DNA of 64,000 bases, from the NCBI GenBank assembly GCA_000004985.1, contig GG738883.1; one strand, written 5' to 3'. Made by a program: the position numbers and the translations under genes. This DNA is from Naegleria gruberi (lineage: Eukaryota). The notes beneath the pieces are model-generated. The model was not told the origin of the DNA, made no database searches, and worked only from the letters and a program-made list of their open reading frames with translations. This document shows positions 9,790-22,200 of the stretch, one piece after another. Each line of letters starts with the position of its first letter. Position 1 is the stretch's first letter.

Positions 9790-10435
9790 TTATTGATCCT
9801 TGTTCTTGTCTTGGTGAGGTTCTTCTTCCTTCCAACCCTTTTCAAAGGTGTTGGTATCGACACGATCTCGTGTAAGTTCTAATTGTAATTCTTCATCATG
9901 ATTCAAATTCTTTAAATTCCAACTGAAGGTGGTTCGTTGCTGGTGAGATAATTCACTACTGTGAATACCAGTCTTGGAGTAGTACTTGCTACTCAACTTT
10001 CCACTGTTCCATTTCTATATGAAATTTAAATTCCTCTTCCGAAATCGAAAAACTAACCTTGATAAACTTTTTAAAGTAATGTTGTATTTCCTCTGTATTT
10101 TCCAAATCATCTTCAATTCTCAACTTTTTATTATTTAAAAGCCACAATCTAAATTCCTGATTTTTCCTATAATAATCATTCATTGTTAATTTTTCAATTG
10201 GTGATGAAGTTGTTATTGTAGATGATGAAGAAACATCTTCTCTTTTCTGTATCTTCTTATTCAACTTTTCCAATTTCTTTTCCAATTTCCTCTTCTTTTT
10301 ATCCTCTTCATGGTCGGAATTTTCTGATGATTTATCTTCCTCATCTTTATACTTTCTCTTCTCGGCTGTCTTTTCCTTCTTTCCCATTTTTTCTTCTTTA
10401 CATTCTTGATGATTAATCCTTTTGAAAAACATCAT
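9790..10435 (-). CDS. hypothetical K/E-rich (probably nuclear) protein, 2 exons (10435..10058, 10014..9790)
   Basis: ORFs 9989..10435 and 9790..9996 join in frame through a 43-nt GTTAGT...ATATAG intron (minus 10057..10015). Charged, low-complexity lysine/glutamate-rich sequence. Confidence 0.55.
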
Positions 10436-10599
10436 CTAATCACCAATTGTCATTCAGTAGGCCTAAAATCCACTAATAGTAGGAGATACATACGAGAGAG
10501 CTACAACTTTTTCCAACCGTCCATGTGCCTGATGAATATCAATCATCATGTAATAATCACATACCTTCTTAATTGATTGGTCAGCAAAAGAATCAAAAG

Positions 10600-11586
10600 A
10601 TGAAAAAAATGTTTTCCATCTCACGGGTCTCTGCCGTGAATGAAGAGAATGGTCTGAGCAATGTTTTACAATCATCAGTCAATAATAATACTACAAACAA
10701 TAATACTAATGTACAATCTCAAGTAGTAGTTGGATCAGGAAGTGGGACAATGCCTGTAACCACTACATCATCACCATCAAATAATATACCAGCCGATCCA
10801 CAAGAAATTAAAAAGAATAATCGATTGACAGTGATACAAAGTAATAATCAGAGTTTCTATAGCAATATGAGTAGTGCAACAACAACAGAAATTAATTCGG
10901 ATAGCAAGTTGAATCAATTGTCGACTTTGTCAACAGAGGAAGGAAGTAGTGGAATTTCAAGGAGAACAACACCATCATCACAAACTTTTGGAGAGGGAGG
11001 AATTGAAGGATTGTCAAATTTAGGGAGAAGAGGAAGAAGAGGATCTTTAGAACATGAAGTTAAACATCCAGTGGCTCTTTCTAAAACTCTAGATCAAAAA
11101 GTACCACTGATGGAATTTATCGTTCAAAAGAGAGTTGAAAATTTGGAATATATCAGGAAATTCCATGAAGGCCAAGTGTTTTGGATGAATACTGTCAAGG
11201 TCTCTCCTTCAGAAATTGAAAAGGCCTATCAATCACAAACATTACAAAAGAGATTGGAACAATGGTTTACTTTAGGCATGTCAATGGCTCCACTTATACA
11301 AATTGATAATGGATATGAATTTGTTAGAGCATGTTCACAATTATTAGAAGAGTTTGAATACCACTTTTCTAATATGGCTGTTCAAGGAATGAAAATTCTC
11401 AAAGCATTTACCAATAATTTTGTCGATGATGACACTCCACCTGTAATTACCTCCCAAAAGACAATCAAACCGTCCATTCACAAATCTAATGGTTCAGTTG
11501 TTTACGAATTTTTGCAAACACCAAATATTGTAAGTTTTAACGAATTGCAATATTCTAATAACCACGGTTTAGCCCTGTACACTTGA
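10600..11586 (+). CDS. hypothetical protein (S/T/N-rich N-terminus, conserved-looking C-terminal domain); possibly 3 exons extending to 11985
   Basis: First ATG at 10600 (track ORF began at TTG 10573). GTAAGT donor at 11530 inside the ORF. Two in-frame downstream exons are possible (11642..11710 and 11794..11985, the second intron GTACGT...TTTAG). That would replace the last 19 codons. Exon joins are not verified. Confidence 0.55.
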   Translation: MKKMFSISRVSAVNEENGLSNVLQSSVNNNTTNNNTNVQSQVVVGSGSGTMPVTTTSSPSNNIPADPQEIKKNNRLTVIQSNNQSFYSNMSSATTTEINSDSKLNQLSTLSTEEGSSGISRRTTPSSQTFGEGGIEGLSNLGRRGRRGSLEHEVKHPVALSKTLDQKVPLMEFIVQKRVENLEYIRKFHEGQVFWMNTVKVSPSEIEKAYQSQTLQKRLEQWFTLGMSMAPLIQIDNGYEFVRACSQLLEEFEYHFSNMAVQGMKILKAFTNNFVDDDTPPVITSQKTIKPSIHKSNGSVVYEFLQTPNIVSFNELQYSNNHGLALYT

Positions 11587-12022
11587 TTATTGTCAAATAA
11601 TTTTCTCTCTTTGTGACCTTCTGATATTTGTATATAGAAAGTTTCTCGATGAAGCTAATATTGGGTCATCTCTACATGAATACATTGTGAAATTAGATGG
11701 AAAAATTAAGGTACGTATTTAGTCAACAAACCAATTTAATATTTCAAATTATTATAATATTTCAAATTATTAATAATTCGAATAATAATTTAGAATAATT
11801 TTATTGGATTGATTTCAAGAGATATTAGTGCTCTAGCTATACAGATTGTAAAAACCAAGTTATCAAATGTACAAAATATGTTTTCATTGACACCTCAAGT
11901 AAACAATCAACCTATTACTAAACGTAAAGGTGATGCTGATGATTCCCAAAAACAGAAGGATGTCGATGAATGGTTTGTAATATAATTGTGGCCACTCGTT
12001 AGTAAAATTAATGTTGTTTCAC

Positions 12023-12852
12023 TCAAAACGTTTGTTTGAATGTAAAATTTAAAATGGAGAGAGTAACTTGGTCCAAATCTCTTGCGGAATCCAAATTTTC
12101 ATCATTTAACAAGTAACTCAACTTGCTCTTTTCACTTGTTGGCACGTCCAAATCAATATCTTGGGTTATGGATCCACATTGTCCAGGCCAACGCCCAATT
12201 CCAAGCTCATAGTATCTTCTTTTCAGCTTTAATGATTAAAATTTAATGTTAGGAATTCAAAAATAAAATTTTTTGTACATACTGTACTCAAAGAAACACC
12301 AAGACAATTTGCAGCCGTAGATTGTGGTAAAGCCATCACTCGAATTAATTCAAAAACTGGAATCTTAATCTTAGACTTCTTCTTAGAATCTGGTGTATAT
12401 TTGGATTTGTGGGTGGAGGAGGAAGTAATCTTTGCATGCTTTTTGTTAATACTACTCTTCTTTGTCTTGTTTGGTTTGGAAATGGAGGAAGTGGATGTGA
12501 TAGAGTTCTTTCTTGATTGTCTGTGACTTTGGTCATGAGTGGAAGAGGATGAATTGGAAGAAGGAGAGAAAGAGCTGTCTGAATCATCGTGTTGGGAACT
12601 GGAGGAAGAGATTGGAGAATGGATGGTAGATTTAGATTCATGAACTGTCGATGTTGGTTGACACATTACTCTAATTGCAGCTGGAGAAGGAGGTGAAATA
12701 TTCTTCAAATGAGTACTGTTACTCGTTGTAGAAGTTGTGGAAGTTGTCATTTCAAAGTGATGATGATCTTGTATTGTTGTTGATAGAGAGTTGTCTTTTT
12801 GATGATGATAGAATGTTTCAGTGGCTGGTCTATTCTTCAAATAATTTAACAT
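12023..12852 (-). CDS. RWP-RK domain protein, 2 exons (12852..12283, 12226..12023)
   Basis: Exon 1 is S/T-rich and ends ...ALPQSTAANCLGVSLST. A 56-nt GTATGT...TTAAAG intron (minus 12282..12227) joins it to LKRRYYELGIGRWPGQ. This restores the canonical RWP-RK core (LGVS.T.LKR..R..GI.RWP), which then runs to a TGA stop. Confidence 0.75.
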
Positions 12853-13828
12853 TTTAAGGTAGTGATGGTTGTGTGTTACCTCGTTACGAGATTATATTTT
12901 GTTACTTGGTTGGGTATTAATTGCAATGGCTCATTCAAAAGTTTTTGCGTTCTGCTTGCAATCTAGTGAGAGAGAGGAATTTCTGGTTGAACTGCAGCTA
13001 GAAATGGTCTTGTTTTTTTTGTCTTATTGTTGCGAAACAGTGTGTGAGTTGGAGGTTATATTTAAGAGAGAGGGATCATCTCACCTCATCGTTCTGCTGC
13101 TCACATTAAAATTGATCGACGACAACAACAGTGGTGCAATAACTGCGCTAATGGCGATCATCAATGTTGCAACTTCTCCGAATCCCTCAATGCAAATCCT
13201 ATTTGTTCAATTAATCGCGAGCATCAGCATAAAAGCACAAAATATCAAGCATTTGAATTTGACCGCCGCCTCTAATTGGCTCAAGGCAGTTGAATGGTCG
13301 TTCTTCCAAATAATGTGTCTTCATTTGAGCTTCAGTTGATACATTGTAGTTTCATTATTGTATTAGAAACGAGAGAATCGTAGATGAGATGATGATAAAA
13401 GACTCCTTCAGTTTGAATATTTGAATTAGTTTCAACTGCATTTCTGTTGGAAAGGAATTGCATTGCCGTATTTCCATTCTTATATTTTGTGAATGTGCTC
13501 ATCAGGATGCAATAGATAACCAAGGAAAATCCAAACAAACGGGTTGATTAATTGAAATTAATACTCACTCATAGGATGGCTGGAATTTTTGGCGCAACTA
13601 AAGGGCTTTTGGAAACCCGAAAAAAAACGTCCTCGCAGTGCTCTCTAAATACGTTAGTTCATCCGCACAATTCAAAATACCATCTAATAATTTTAAAGCA
13701 GAACTACAACAATGTTCCAAGCAGGCAGCTTGAAACCTTAACCATGTATCGATCCTATTGAGGTAAGGGAACTTTGAGTTCATTGAATTACTATAAGGTG
13801 GTCATAAACACCACAAACCATGGTTTAT

Positions 13829-15162
13829 TTACTTTCTAGTTGGTTTCCTAGTATTGTGTGAACTCGTTTTCTTCGAGGAAGGAGCCACACTAGTTGATTC
13901 TACCTTAGATTGGAATGAGCATAGAGTGGCAAACATCTCTCGGTAATCCTGTTCCTTCTTCAAGCCTAGCTCTACAACATTATTCTTCAAATCATTGACA
14001 GTCATATTCTTCTCAATGTATTCCTTAATCAACTCGATTGTGAACTTCTTCAATTCACTATCGGTAAGGTCATTGTCTGAGAGTTCTTCAGCAATTTGAG
14101 AAAGTTGTGCATTCGATTCAATGGTACATTCGTGCCATGTCTTATTTTTGAGCTGTTTGTGGAGCTCAGAAACACTCATTACAGTATTCACAGATTCCTT
14201 GATCTTTTTACATTCTTCAATAAACTTTTCTTCACTCTTTTGTTTTTGTGTTTGTTTCTTGAATTGAGATACAAGTGATGTCTTTTCATGTGAAGTCTTT
14301 TCTAATTTTTCCATTAGAACACATTGGTTTTGTTTCATGGTTTGATATTCACTTTCAACCTTCTTGTAATGTTTGTGAGCTTTCTTTTGTTGCTTCTTGG
14401 TTGCCATTAATTCACGTTTCAAAGCAGTGAGTTCAAGTTTCAGATCACAATTTTCATTCAATAGCTTTTCAATTTGCTTTTGTGTATCAATTGACAAGGT
14501 TTCCTTGACAGTAGTTTTCTTCATGACATTTGGATGTTCAACAGCTTGATTTTCCTTATTGGACATCTTTTCAGGTTGAGATGTAGGAGTATTTGTTGTA
14601 GTTATTGGGGGAGTAATTGCGCTAGTTTGAGTAGTTATTGGAGGTGTTGATGTTGTTGGGAAGTTTACATGTTTGTTGGCAACTGTAGATGGGATGGGTT
14701 TCTTCAAAATTGGTTTTGGAGACTTTTCTGTCTTTTTACCAATTGGTTGTTGATGCATAGAGTCAATCTATCAATTTCAAATGATATCATTCACCAAAGA
14801 AAATTCCGAAATATTGCACAGATAATATTAACATGACACACAACAGAAGAAGAGGATCCACAACCACGGTCGGATAAGGATCATATTACAATAATCATCA
14901 TCACACAATATTCCATCATTATTAATTTAAATATACATACCTCCCTCATCAAATCATCCATAGAATCATCTCTTAAAATTGAATAATCATCACTGTCCAC
15001 ACTACTCGTTGGTGATGGTGGACAATTTTCTGTATCGGTCTTGTCTAGGATGGATTGTTCAAGGAGTTGATCTTCAGGCTCCAAGCCAGAAGAATCAACT
15101 TGTGTATTATTGTTTTGAGCAATGTCAAACCCGGCAAAGTCCTCAACAGATCTTGTACTCAT
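13829..15162 (-). CDS. hypothetical coiled-coil protein, 2 exons (15162..14941, 14767..13829)
   Basis: Acidic exon 1 (MSTRSVEDFAGFD...DDLMRE) joins in frame through a 167-nt GTATGT...TGATAG intron to IDSMHQQPIGKK... A P/T-rich linker and a long heptad-rich coiled coil follow. Confidence 0.65.
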
Positions 15163-15388
15163 ATTTTTTTATGTGATTTTTTGTTTGGTGAATTTAAAAC
15201 TGATGAAATTGGCGCCAACTTTAAAACGTAACGACTTTTTAAAAACCTTCACATCTATCATCAAAAGATTTTTAATTCAACACAAAGAAAATGATTACTT
15301 TAGGAATGCAATCGGGTACTTGATAATAATCAAACAATCAAGGTTCACCTTCCTATTAATTTATTAATCGTCATACAATGAACTTGTT

Positions 15389-16411
15389 ATGAAATTTGTC
15401 AAGATGAAAAAAATACAACAAACAAAGAGGAAGAGAGAAGATATTGTTCTCGATTTATCCAATGTTTCTCCCAATGGTAAATGGTGGACCGCTCCGAACA
15501 TTGTTCATCTCGTATTAAAATATTTACCAGTTAAAGATATGATCCAGGGCAAGACATTGTGTAAGAATTGGTTCAAGGTGATGAATCATCAATTTGTGAG
15601 AGAGTATGTGGCTAGTTTCTTGGAGTTGGATGAAGACAACTTGCAAGATCTTGAAGTCATGATGAATACCTTCAAAACAGAGAAGAAAATGGTTTCCTCT
15701 TATGAGGCTATCATTGAACAATTGAAAGAATTAGATAATAGTAATGATTATTCTGAGAGTGTAAGATCACTATTGAGTAAATATGAAAAATCTCACAGTT
15801 TAGACCTTTTGAAAGAAATCTCAAAATTGACAAAGAAAGAAATCAGAAATCAGAACTCGTTGTCGTTGGAACCACCAAAAATTGTTATTGCTGAAAATGA
15901 GTACAATTGTCAAAACTATGGCAGCATTCGGTCTATTCTATTGTCACAAGATTTGAATTCTATTGAGCAATATGGTCTCAATGTCACAACTATTGAAAAG
16001 AGTTACTTTATTGTGTTAAGTAATGGTTATCCTATGAAGCTTAATTTTGATTATAAATGTGGAAGATATGATGGTCATTACAAAGTTGAAGTTAATGGAA
16101 CTAAAGCTATCAGGTTGAAATGGTTTGAGGGTGGATTTGAGGAGAATCATAACTGGGAATTTATCAAATTACTGAAAAAGGGGTTGGATTTCAAGTCAGA
16201 TACACCAATTGAAGAGGATACGGTATTTCTAACAATACTTTTTGCTTGGTTAATACAGCTTTTCCCAGAGGCAACAAATTATGAAATACCAGACTCATGT
16301 TTTGGAGAATCAATTCTTGTCTATTCAGATTTGGGTGAGGATAATAGGCTGTTTGCTGATGATAATTCAGAAAATGAGGAAGGCAGTAACAAGTACGATT
16401 CAGATGAGTAA
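15389..16411 (+). CDS. hypothetical F-box-like protein, 340 aa
   Basis: ATG ORF. F-box-like N-terminus (VHLVLKYLPVKDMIQGKTLCKNWFKVM). Acidic C-terminus. Confidence 0.6.
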   Translation: MKFVKMKKIQQTKRKREDIVLDLSNVSPNGKWWTAPNIVHLVLKYLPVKDMIQGKTLCKNWFKVMNHQFVREYVASFLELDEDNLQDLEVMMNTFKTEKKMVSSYEAIIEQLKELDNSNDYSESVRSLLSKYEKSHSLDLLKEISKLTKKEIRNQNSLSLEPPKIVIAENEYNCQNYGSIRSILLSQDLNSIEQYGLNVTTIEKSYFIVLSNGYPMKLNFDYKCGRYDGHYKVEVNGTKAIRLKWFEGGFEENHNWEFIKLLKKGLDFKSDTPIEEDTVFLTILFAWLIQLFPEATNYEIPDSCFGESILVYSDLGEDNRLFADDNSENEEGSNKYDSDE

Positions 16412-16506
16412 AATATTGGCGCGCTTTTGAAACTTTGCAACCATCCAAAATAAGAAAGTCACAACATACTTTGAAACCCACACAAATATGTTTAGAATAA
16501 CAAAAA

Positions 16507-19144
16507 ATGAAACAGCTTACTCTGCTATTTATTTGCTTGCTACTTTCTGGTTGTTGTTTCTGCTTTGTGGATCCTTTCAAAATCAACTCTTCATATTATG
16601 TAGTTCAATCCTTGTCTGAGTCATCATTCGGAATGACTGCCTATCTGAAACTGTCCAATAACAGTGGTGGACCATACGGAAACGATATAGAAGAGTTAAA
16701 AGTCTCTATTCAATACAAATCTTCAAAAGTGTTAAATATCAAGATAACTGACAAGGAAGAAAAAAGATGGCAAGCTTCTCCCTTCGTTCTATCGAAAGAA
16801 CAATCAAAAGTTTCCTCTATGAGTACAAGTTTAGATTATAGTGTGGAAATGTCACAGGTTGGAGAAGAATTCTACTTTACAATTCTAAGAAAATCCTCAA
16901 GTATTCCAATATTCACAACGAAAAGGACTTGGTTTGTATTCAGTGACCAATATATTACATTAGGAACTCAATTATTCTCTTTACCAAATGGAGAACCTCC
17001 TTATTTGAGCGGTTTTGGTGAAAGAGTTGATAACATCTTTCTCAATATTACAAATAATGAATTTATAATGTGGAATAATGAGTAAGTTTTTAACCTTTTG
17101 GAAAATGTTTCTAAATTTTCAAAGTCATGACAATCAACCACATATGAATCTCTATGGAAGTCATCCATTCTTCCTCTATTCTGGACCAAGCTCTCCATCA
17201 TTTGGTGTTTTCCTTCTCAATAGTAATGCTATGAGTGTGAGAACTGAATTTAACAATCAAAACAAGTATTTACAATATCAAGTGATTGGTGGCGTTTTGG
17301 ATTTTTACTTCTTCCTTGGACCTTCTTCGCAAGATGTCATTAAACAATATCATTCAATTATTGGAAAACCATACTTGCCTCCAAAGTTTGCACTTGGATT
17401 TCATCAATGTAGATGGGGATACAATAGTTTGGATGAAATTAAGAAAGTAGTTGCTGGATATGAGGCCAATAATTTACCATTGGATGCAATTTGGACAGAT
17501 ATTGATTATATGGACAAGTATAGAGATTTCACATTTGATCCTGATCGTTTTCCAATTCAAGACATGATACAATTTGTTTCTGATTTGCATAAGAAAGGTA
17601 AAAAGTATATTCTCATTATCGATCCTGGTATTCCAGTTGTAAATTTGAATCAGGAAAAGTATGAACCTTTAGAATTGGGACTTTCTCTCGATATTTTCAT
17701 CAAGAATGGCAATAATAATTCCTATGTGAATAGAGATGTCTGGCCTGGCCAATGCTACTTCCCAGATATGACCAACCCCAAATTCAAGGACTATTTCTGG
17801 AAGCCACTCATTCACAAATTCCTCTCCACCTTAAATATTGATGGATTGTGGACAGATATGAATGAACCAGCTGTATTGAAAACCTACACACCCAATCAAA
17901 ATAAGTGGAACTATCCTCCATTCGTACCAAGATCGCCAGCTGTTCACGATCCTAATGAACCTATTTTCCATCGAACTATTGACATGGATTCGAGAATGCA
18001 CGCCTCAATCCATTACAATGTCCACAATTTATACAGTCATTTGGAGTCAATTGCAACATCAGAAGCTCTACAAGATTTCTATGGAAAGAGATCTTTCGTA
18101 TTAACTAGAAGTAGCTTTGCTGGAAGTGGATCTCATGTTTCTCATTGGACAGGCGATAATGAGTCAACATACGAAAGCATGAAGAGTTCAATTCCATCAA
18201 TTGTTATGAATGGAATGTTTGGTTTTTCACATGTTGGATCTGATATTGGTGGATTCTATTTGAACACAACTAAGGAACTTCTTATTAGATGGATGCAATT
18301 AGGATCCATGTATCCATTCTCACGTAACCATAATGCACGTGGAACTATTCCTCAAGAGCCATATGCCTTTGATAAGGAAACTACAGACATTTCAAGAAAA
18401 TTCCTTCAATTAAGATATCAACTTATTCCATATTTGTATACACAAATTGCACTAGTTAGTAGAGATGGAGGTTCAGTTGCAAAACCACTTTCTTTCGTAT
18501 TTCCAGATGACAGACAGTGTTATCAAATAGAAACTCAACTCATGTTAGGAGATTCCTTAATCATTGCTCCAGCATTAAATCCATCACAGTCAATGGTCAA
18601 TGCCTACCTTCCTTACAATGCTATTTGGTATGATTACTTGACAGGTAAAAGAATTACCAAAACGGGAGGTCTATATTTCTCATTACCTTCTCCTCTTGAT
18701 TCAATGCCAATTATCATGAAAGGTGGAAGTATCATTCCTTTACAAACTCCATCGCTTAATACTTTACAACAAGAATTTAATCCATATCAATTGAGAATTG
18801 CACTCAATCAAGAACAGCAGGCAAGGGGAGAGTTGTGGCTTGATGATGGTGAAAGTTTGGGAACAATTGAGAAGAAACTTTATACATTACTCAAATATGA
18901 CATGAAAAATAATGGAAAAGTTTACAAGTTGACTTGTGAAAGGTTAATTGGAGGATATGATGAAAGAAATTTGAGTTTGAATGGAATTACCATCTACGGC
19001 ATTGAACAACAACAAATTTCGTTCATTTCAATTAATAATCAACCAGTAGATTCGTATAACTTTGATCCTTCGAATGGTTTATTAGAAATTAACAATATTC
19101 ACTCTGAAATTTCTTCAATTTCTGTAGTTTTACAATTTGCCTAA
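16507..19144 (+). CDS. glycoside hydrolase family 31 alpha-glucosidase (lysosomal acid alpha-glucosidase-like), 2 exons (16507..17081, 17125..19144)
   Basis: Signal peptide MKQLTLLFICLLLSG. 43-nt GTAAGT...CAAAG intron. GH31 catalytic motifs DGLWTDMNEP (nucleophile Asp) and HWTGDNEST. Homology to GAA/sucrase-isomaltase is visible throughout. Confidence 0.9.
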
Positions 19145-19234
19145 AAGGATTCCAAATAAAGAGCCCATTGTCAGAACTGCTCATCAATTATCATTGATCT
19201 ACACCTGTCAATTTCAGTCTTTAAAAAAATTATT

Positions 19235-22200
19235 ATGCATGTTTGGCTTTTTTTGATCCTCTTACTCTCGCTGAGTTTGCTGGTTCGTTTTTCAACGTCG
19301 GCCACATCATCAACCACATCACAGTATTCCTCTTCTTCCTTCGTTTCATTTCTTAACAATCGAATATATAATCAAACTAATTATTATCCGAAACGATTTA
19401 TTCAATTCTCTGAACATGAAACTACTCATGATCATATTAAAAGACAACAATCACAGTTGTCATCATTAGAATCGCCACCATCATCATCTATAAACAAAAT
19501 TGATTTTAATGACTATAGTTTCCTACTAACTAATAATCAAAACTATACTTCCGATTATCCATATATTTCTCCATTCAATTCCACCTATTCTTTACCACCT
19601 TGCTGTACTACCCTAAACGGAAATGAAAATGCCCTATTCGAAACTAAAAAGCTATTAAACATGGCTAAAAACACAAAACGAATTGAAATGGAAAAATGCA
19701 GAAATGCAGCACTTGATAGTATATTCGGATTGGATTGTGTTGTCATTGAATTGGAATATATATTGGAGAATTCGACGAGTTCTGAACTGAGGAGGAATTC
19801 AGTGAATGGTTCAATGGAAAGTATTCGAAATGAAACTGTTTATTCATCACTTGATGAAATATATCAAGTATTTAAAAGAGATGTGACGATAATTGCTGAG
19901 AGAGAAAATCAAAAATCAGCATTTTCGTATAAAAAGATTCCTGAGGGAATTATTTCACTGAGAGTACGTGTCTTGTCAGATATGGTGAACGAGGAAAATT
20001 GTACTCTTCAAATGGATATTGGACAAATATTCAATTCATCATCGATTAGAAGACCTATTGCAGATTATAAGGTATTCTTTGAATTGTACAGTGAAAATCA
20101 AAGACATGAATTATATTGCAGAGTTAATGTTGATAGTTCTCTGTTTTTTTCAACATTTAGAGGATTGACTTTACGTTTGGTAACACATAATTTGAGTTAT
20201 TATGCAGAAAGGGTGACATTTCTTAGTGGAGCACTAAATGGAGGATTATTTGCTGTTTATTCACAGGTGGAATTGAGGCAGAATATACTCTTTTCACAAA
20301 CACGTGTTACTTTATTTGAAGAATTGAATTATTTTGGACAAAATTGGATTCTTCAAAGAGATAATTCAAATAATATTAATGCAATTTTTGTAGATAGTAA
20401 TATGACAGTGTATTTCGAAGACGTTCTTAAAGGAAGAAATATGTGGTTTCTGAATACAACTTTAGAGATTGATAGTGAGTTTTTGATTGAGGAAGTGAAT
20501 GAAATTTTGATTCACAAATGTACTATCAAATCGAAAGGAAATACTTCGGATAGAGATTTTGCAAACTTGCAAATATCATTTGCGAATATTGTTGAAATTC
20601 ATAGTACAGTATTCGAAACAGTAAATGGAAAGACCATTTTAGGAATTGGTGAAAGTATTGATGTCAACCTCATTGATACACATTTCACTGATCATAGAAA
20701 TGAAGCTGGCTCTCTAATTTACATGAAGAATCTAAGAAATTTGGTGATTTCCAAATCTCATTTTTTGAGGAATTGGGTTGGTTCAAGTGTTCTCTTCCTC
20801 AGTAACATAATTGCGGGTTTTATTAGTGATTGTAGATTTGAAGAAAATGAATCTGTTATATCAAATGGTATAATCTTCGTTCAATCTGCTGGATCTTTCA
20901 AAAGGGTGCTGATTAGCTCATCTATTTTTATTAGAAACAGAGCGTATGATCGTGGAGGATGCATTCATGCCTCTGATACTTCAGTTCACGTTCACTTTAG
21001 TGAATTTCGTGAAAATTATGCTCCTTCAGGAAGTGCTATCTATGCACAAGAAACAGAGCTCTCAATTGAAAGCTGCAATTTTATTGATAATTATTCAGAG
21101 ATGAGTGGTGGAGCTATTTTTATTAATGGCAATTTCAGTAGTGTTAATTCAAACTTTTACAATAACTCTGTGAATTTGAAATCAAATTATCCATGCACGT
21201 CATATTGCAGTGGAAGTGGAGGAGCCATTTCGTATGCATCTACAGAATTAGATACAATTCAGCTCTTTCTTGTTGATTCCAAATTCGAGAATAATAGTGC
21301 TATTAGAGGTGGAGCTCTCTCTATCAAGTACCTATCCAATACTCCAAAAATTACTTGGGAATCCGTCAAGATTTATAATAATTATGCCAAATCTGGAGGT
21401 GGAATATTTTTCTTTGAATTGATTGACAACAAAATTCTATCATCCACATTCGAAAGAAATAGAGCTGACTTTTATGGAAATGACATGGCTTCTTCCACTA
21501 GGTCAATTGAGTGGAATATTATGGGAAAATCACCAAATTCTCAAATAAGTGTGTTCCCAGGGCAGACTTTTTCCCTCAAGACATTTACTAAGGATTATTT
21601 CGGAGCTAATATTGGAGATTTGTGGGAGTATTATATTTTGACTGTGAATGATACACGATTTAATTTAAAAAAACCCACTCAAACTAATCGAAATGACACC
21701 ATTGAGGGTTTGTTCATTTACAGTACAAAGATTCAAACTGAGCCAACATATATTCGGTTGTGGATTGATTTTTCACAATCCTTTAGTTATTTGGATATTC
21801 TAGTTAAGGGGTGTCCTGAGAATTATGAATTGATTTCTGCTAATTATGGATCAGAAAATTCCTATATTTGTCAAGCTGTGCCAAGTGTAACTGTTATTAT
21901 TATAACAGTTGTTGTTTCTTCATTTGTTGCATTTTCAGTCTTTGTTATTGTTTCTACAATTTTGGGATATGCCATTTTCAGATTAACAAAAAAGCTCTTA
22001 TATTGGAAAGAAAGAATTAAGGTGGAGAAGGATGTAGAAAAGAGACTATTCGAAAGTGGAATAAGGTGTACGAAAGAGGAAATCAAAGCATCAGGCGAGT
22101 ATAGTCTTGCAAGAAAAAATGTTTTCATTATTGGTCTTGATCAGGTTCACATTGAAAAGAAAATTGGAGAAGGTAAGTGTATCATTCAACGCATGTTTCT

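Noticed and set aside
12869-13339. 156-aa ORF MCVTSLRDYILLLGW... as a protein-coding gene.
   Set aside because: Hydrophobic, homologue-free ORF in a region that otherwise behaves like UTR or ncRNA. I kept it only as a finding about the unusual GC-rich block.
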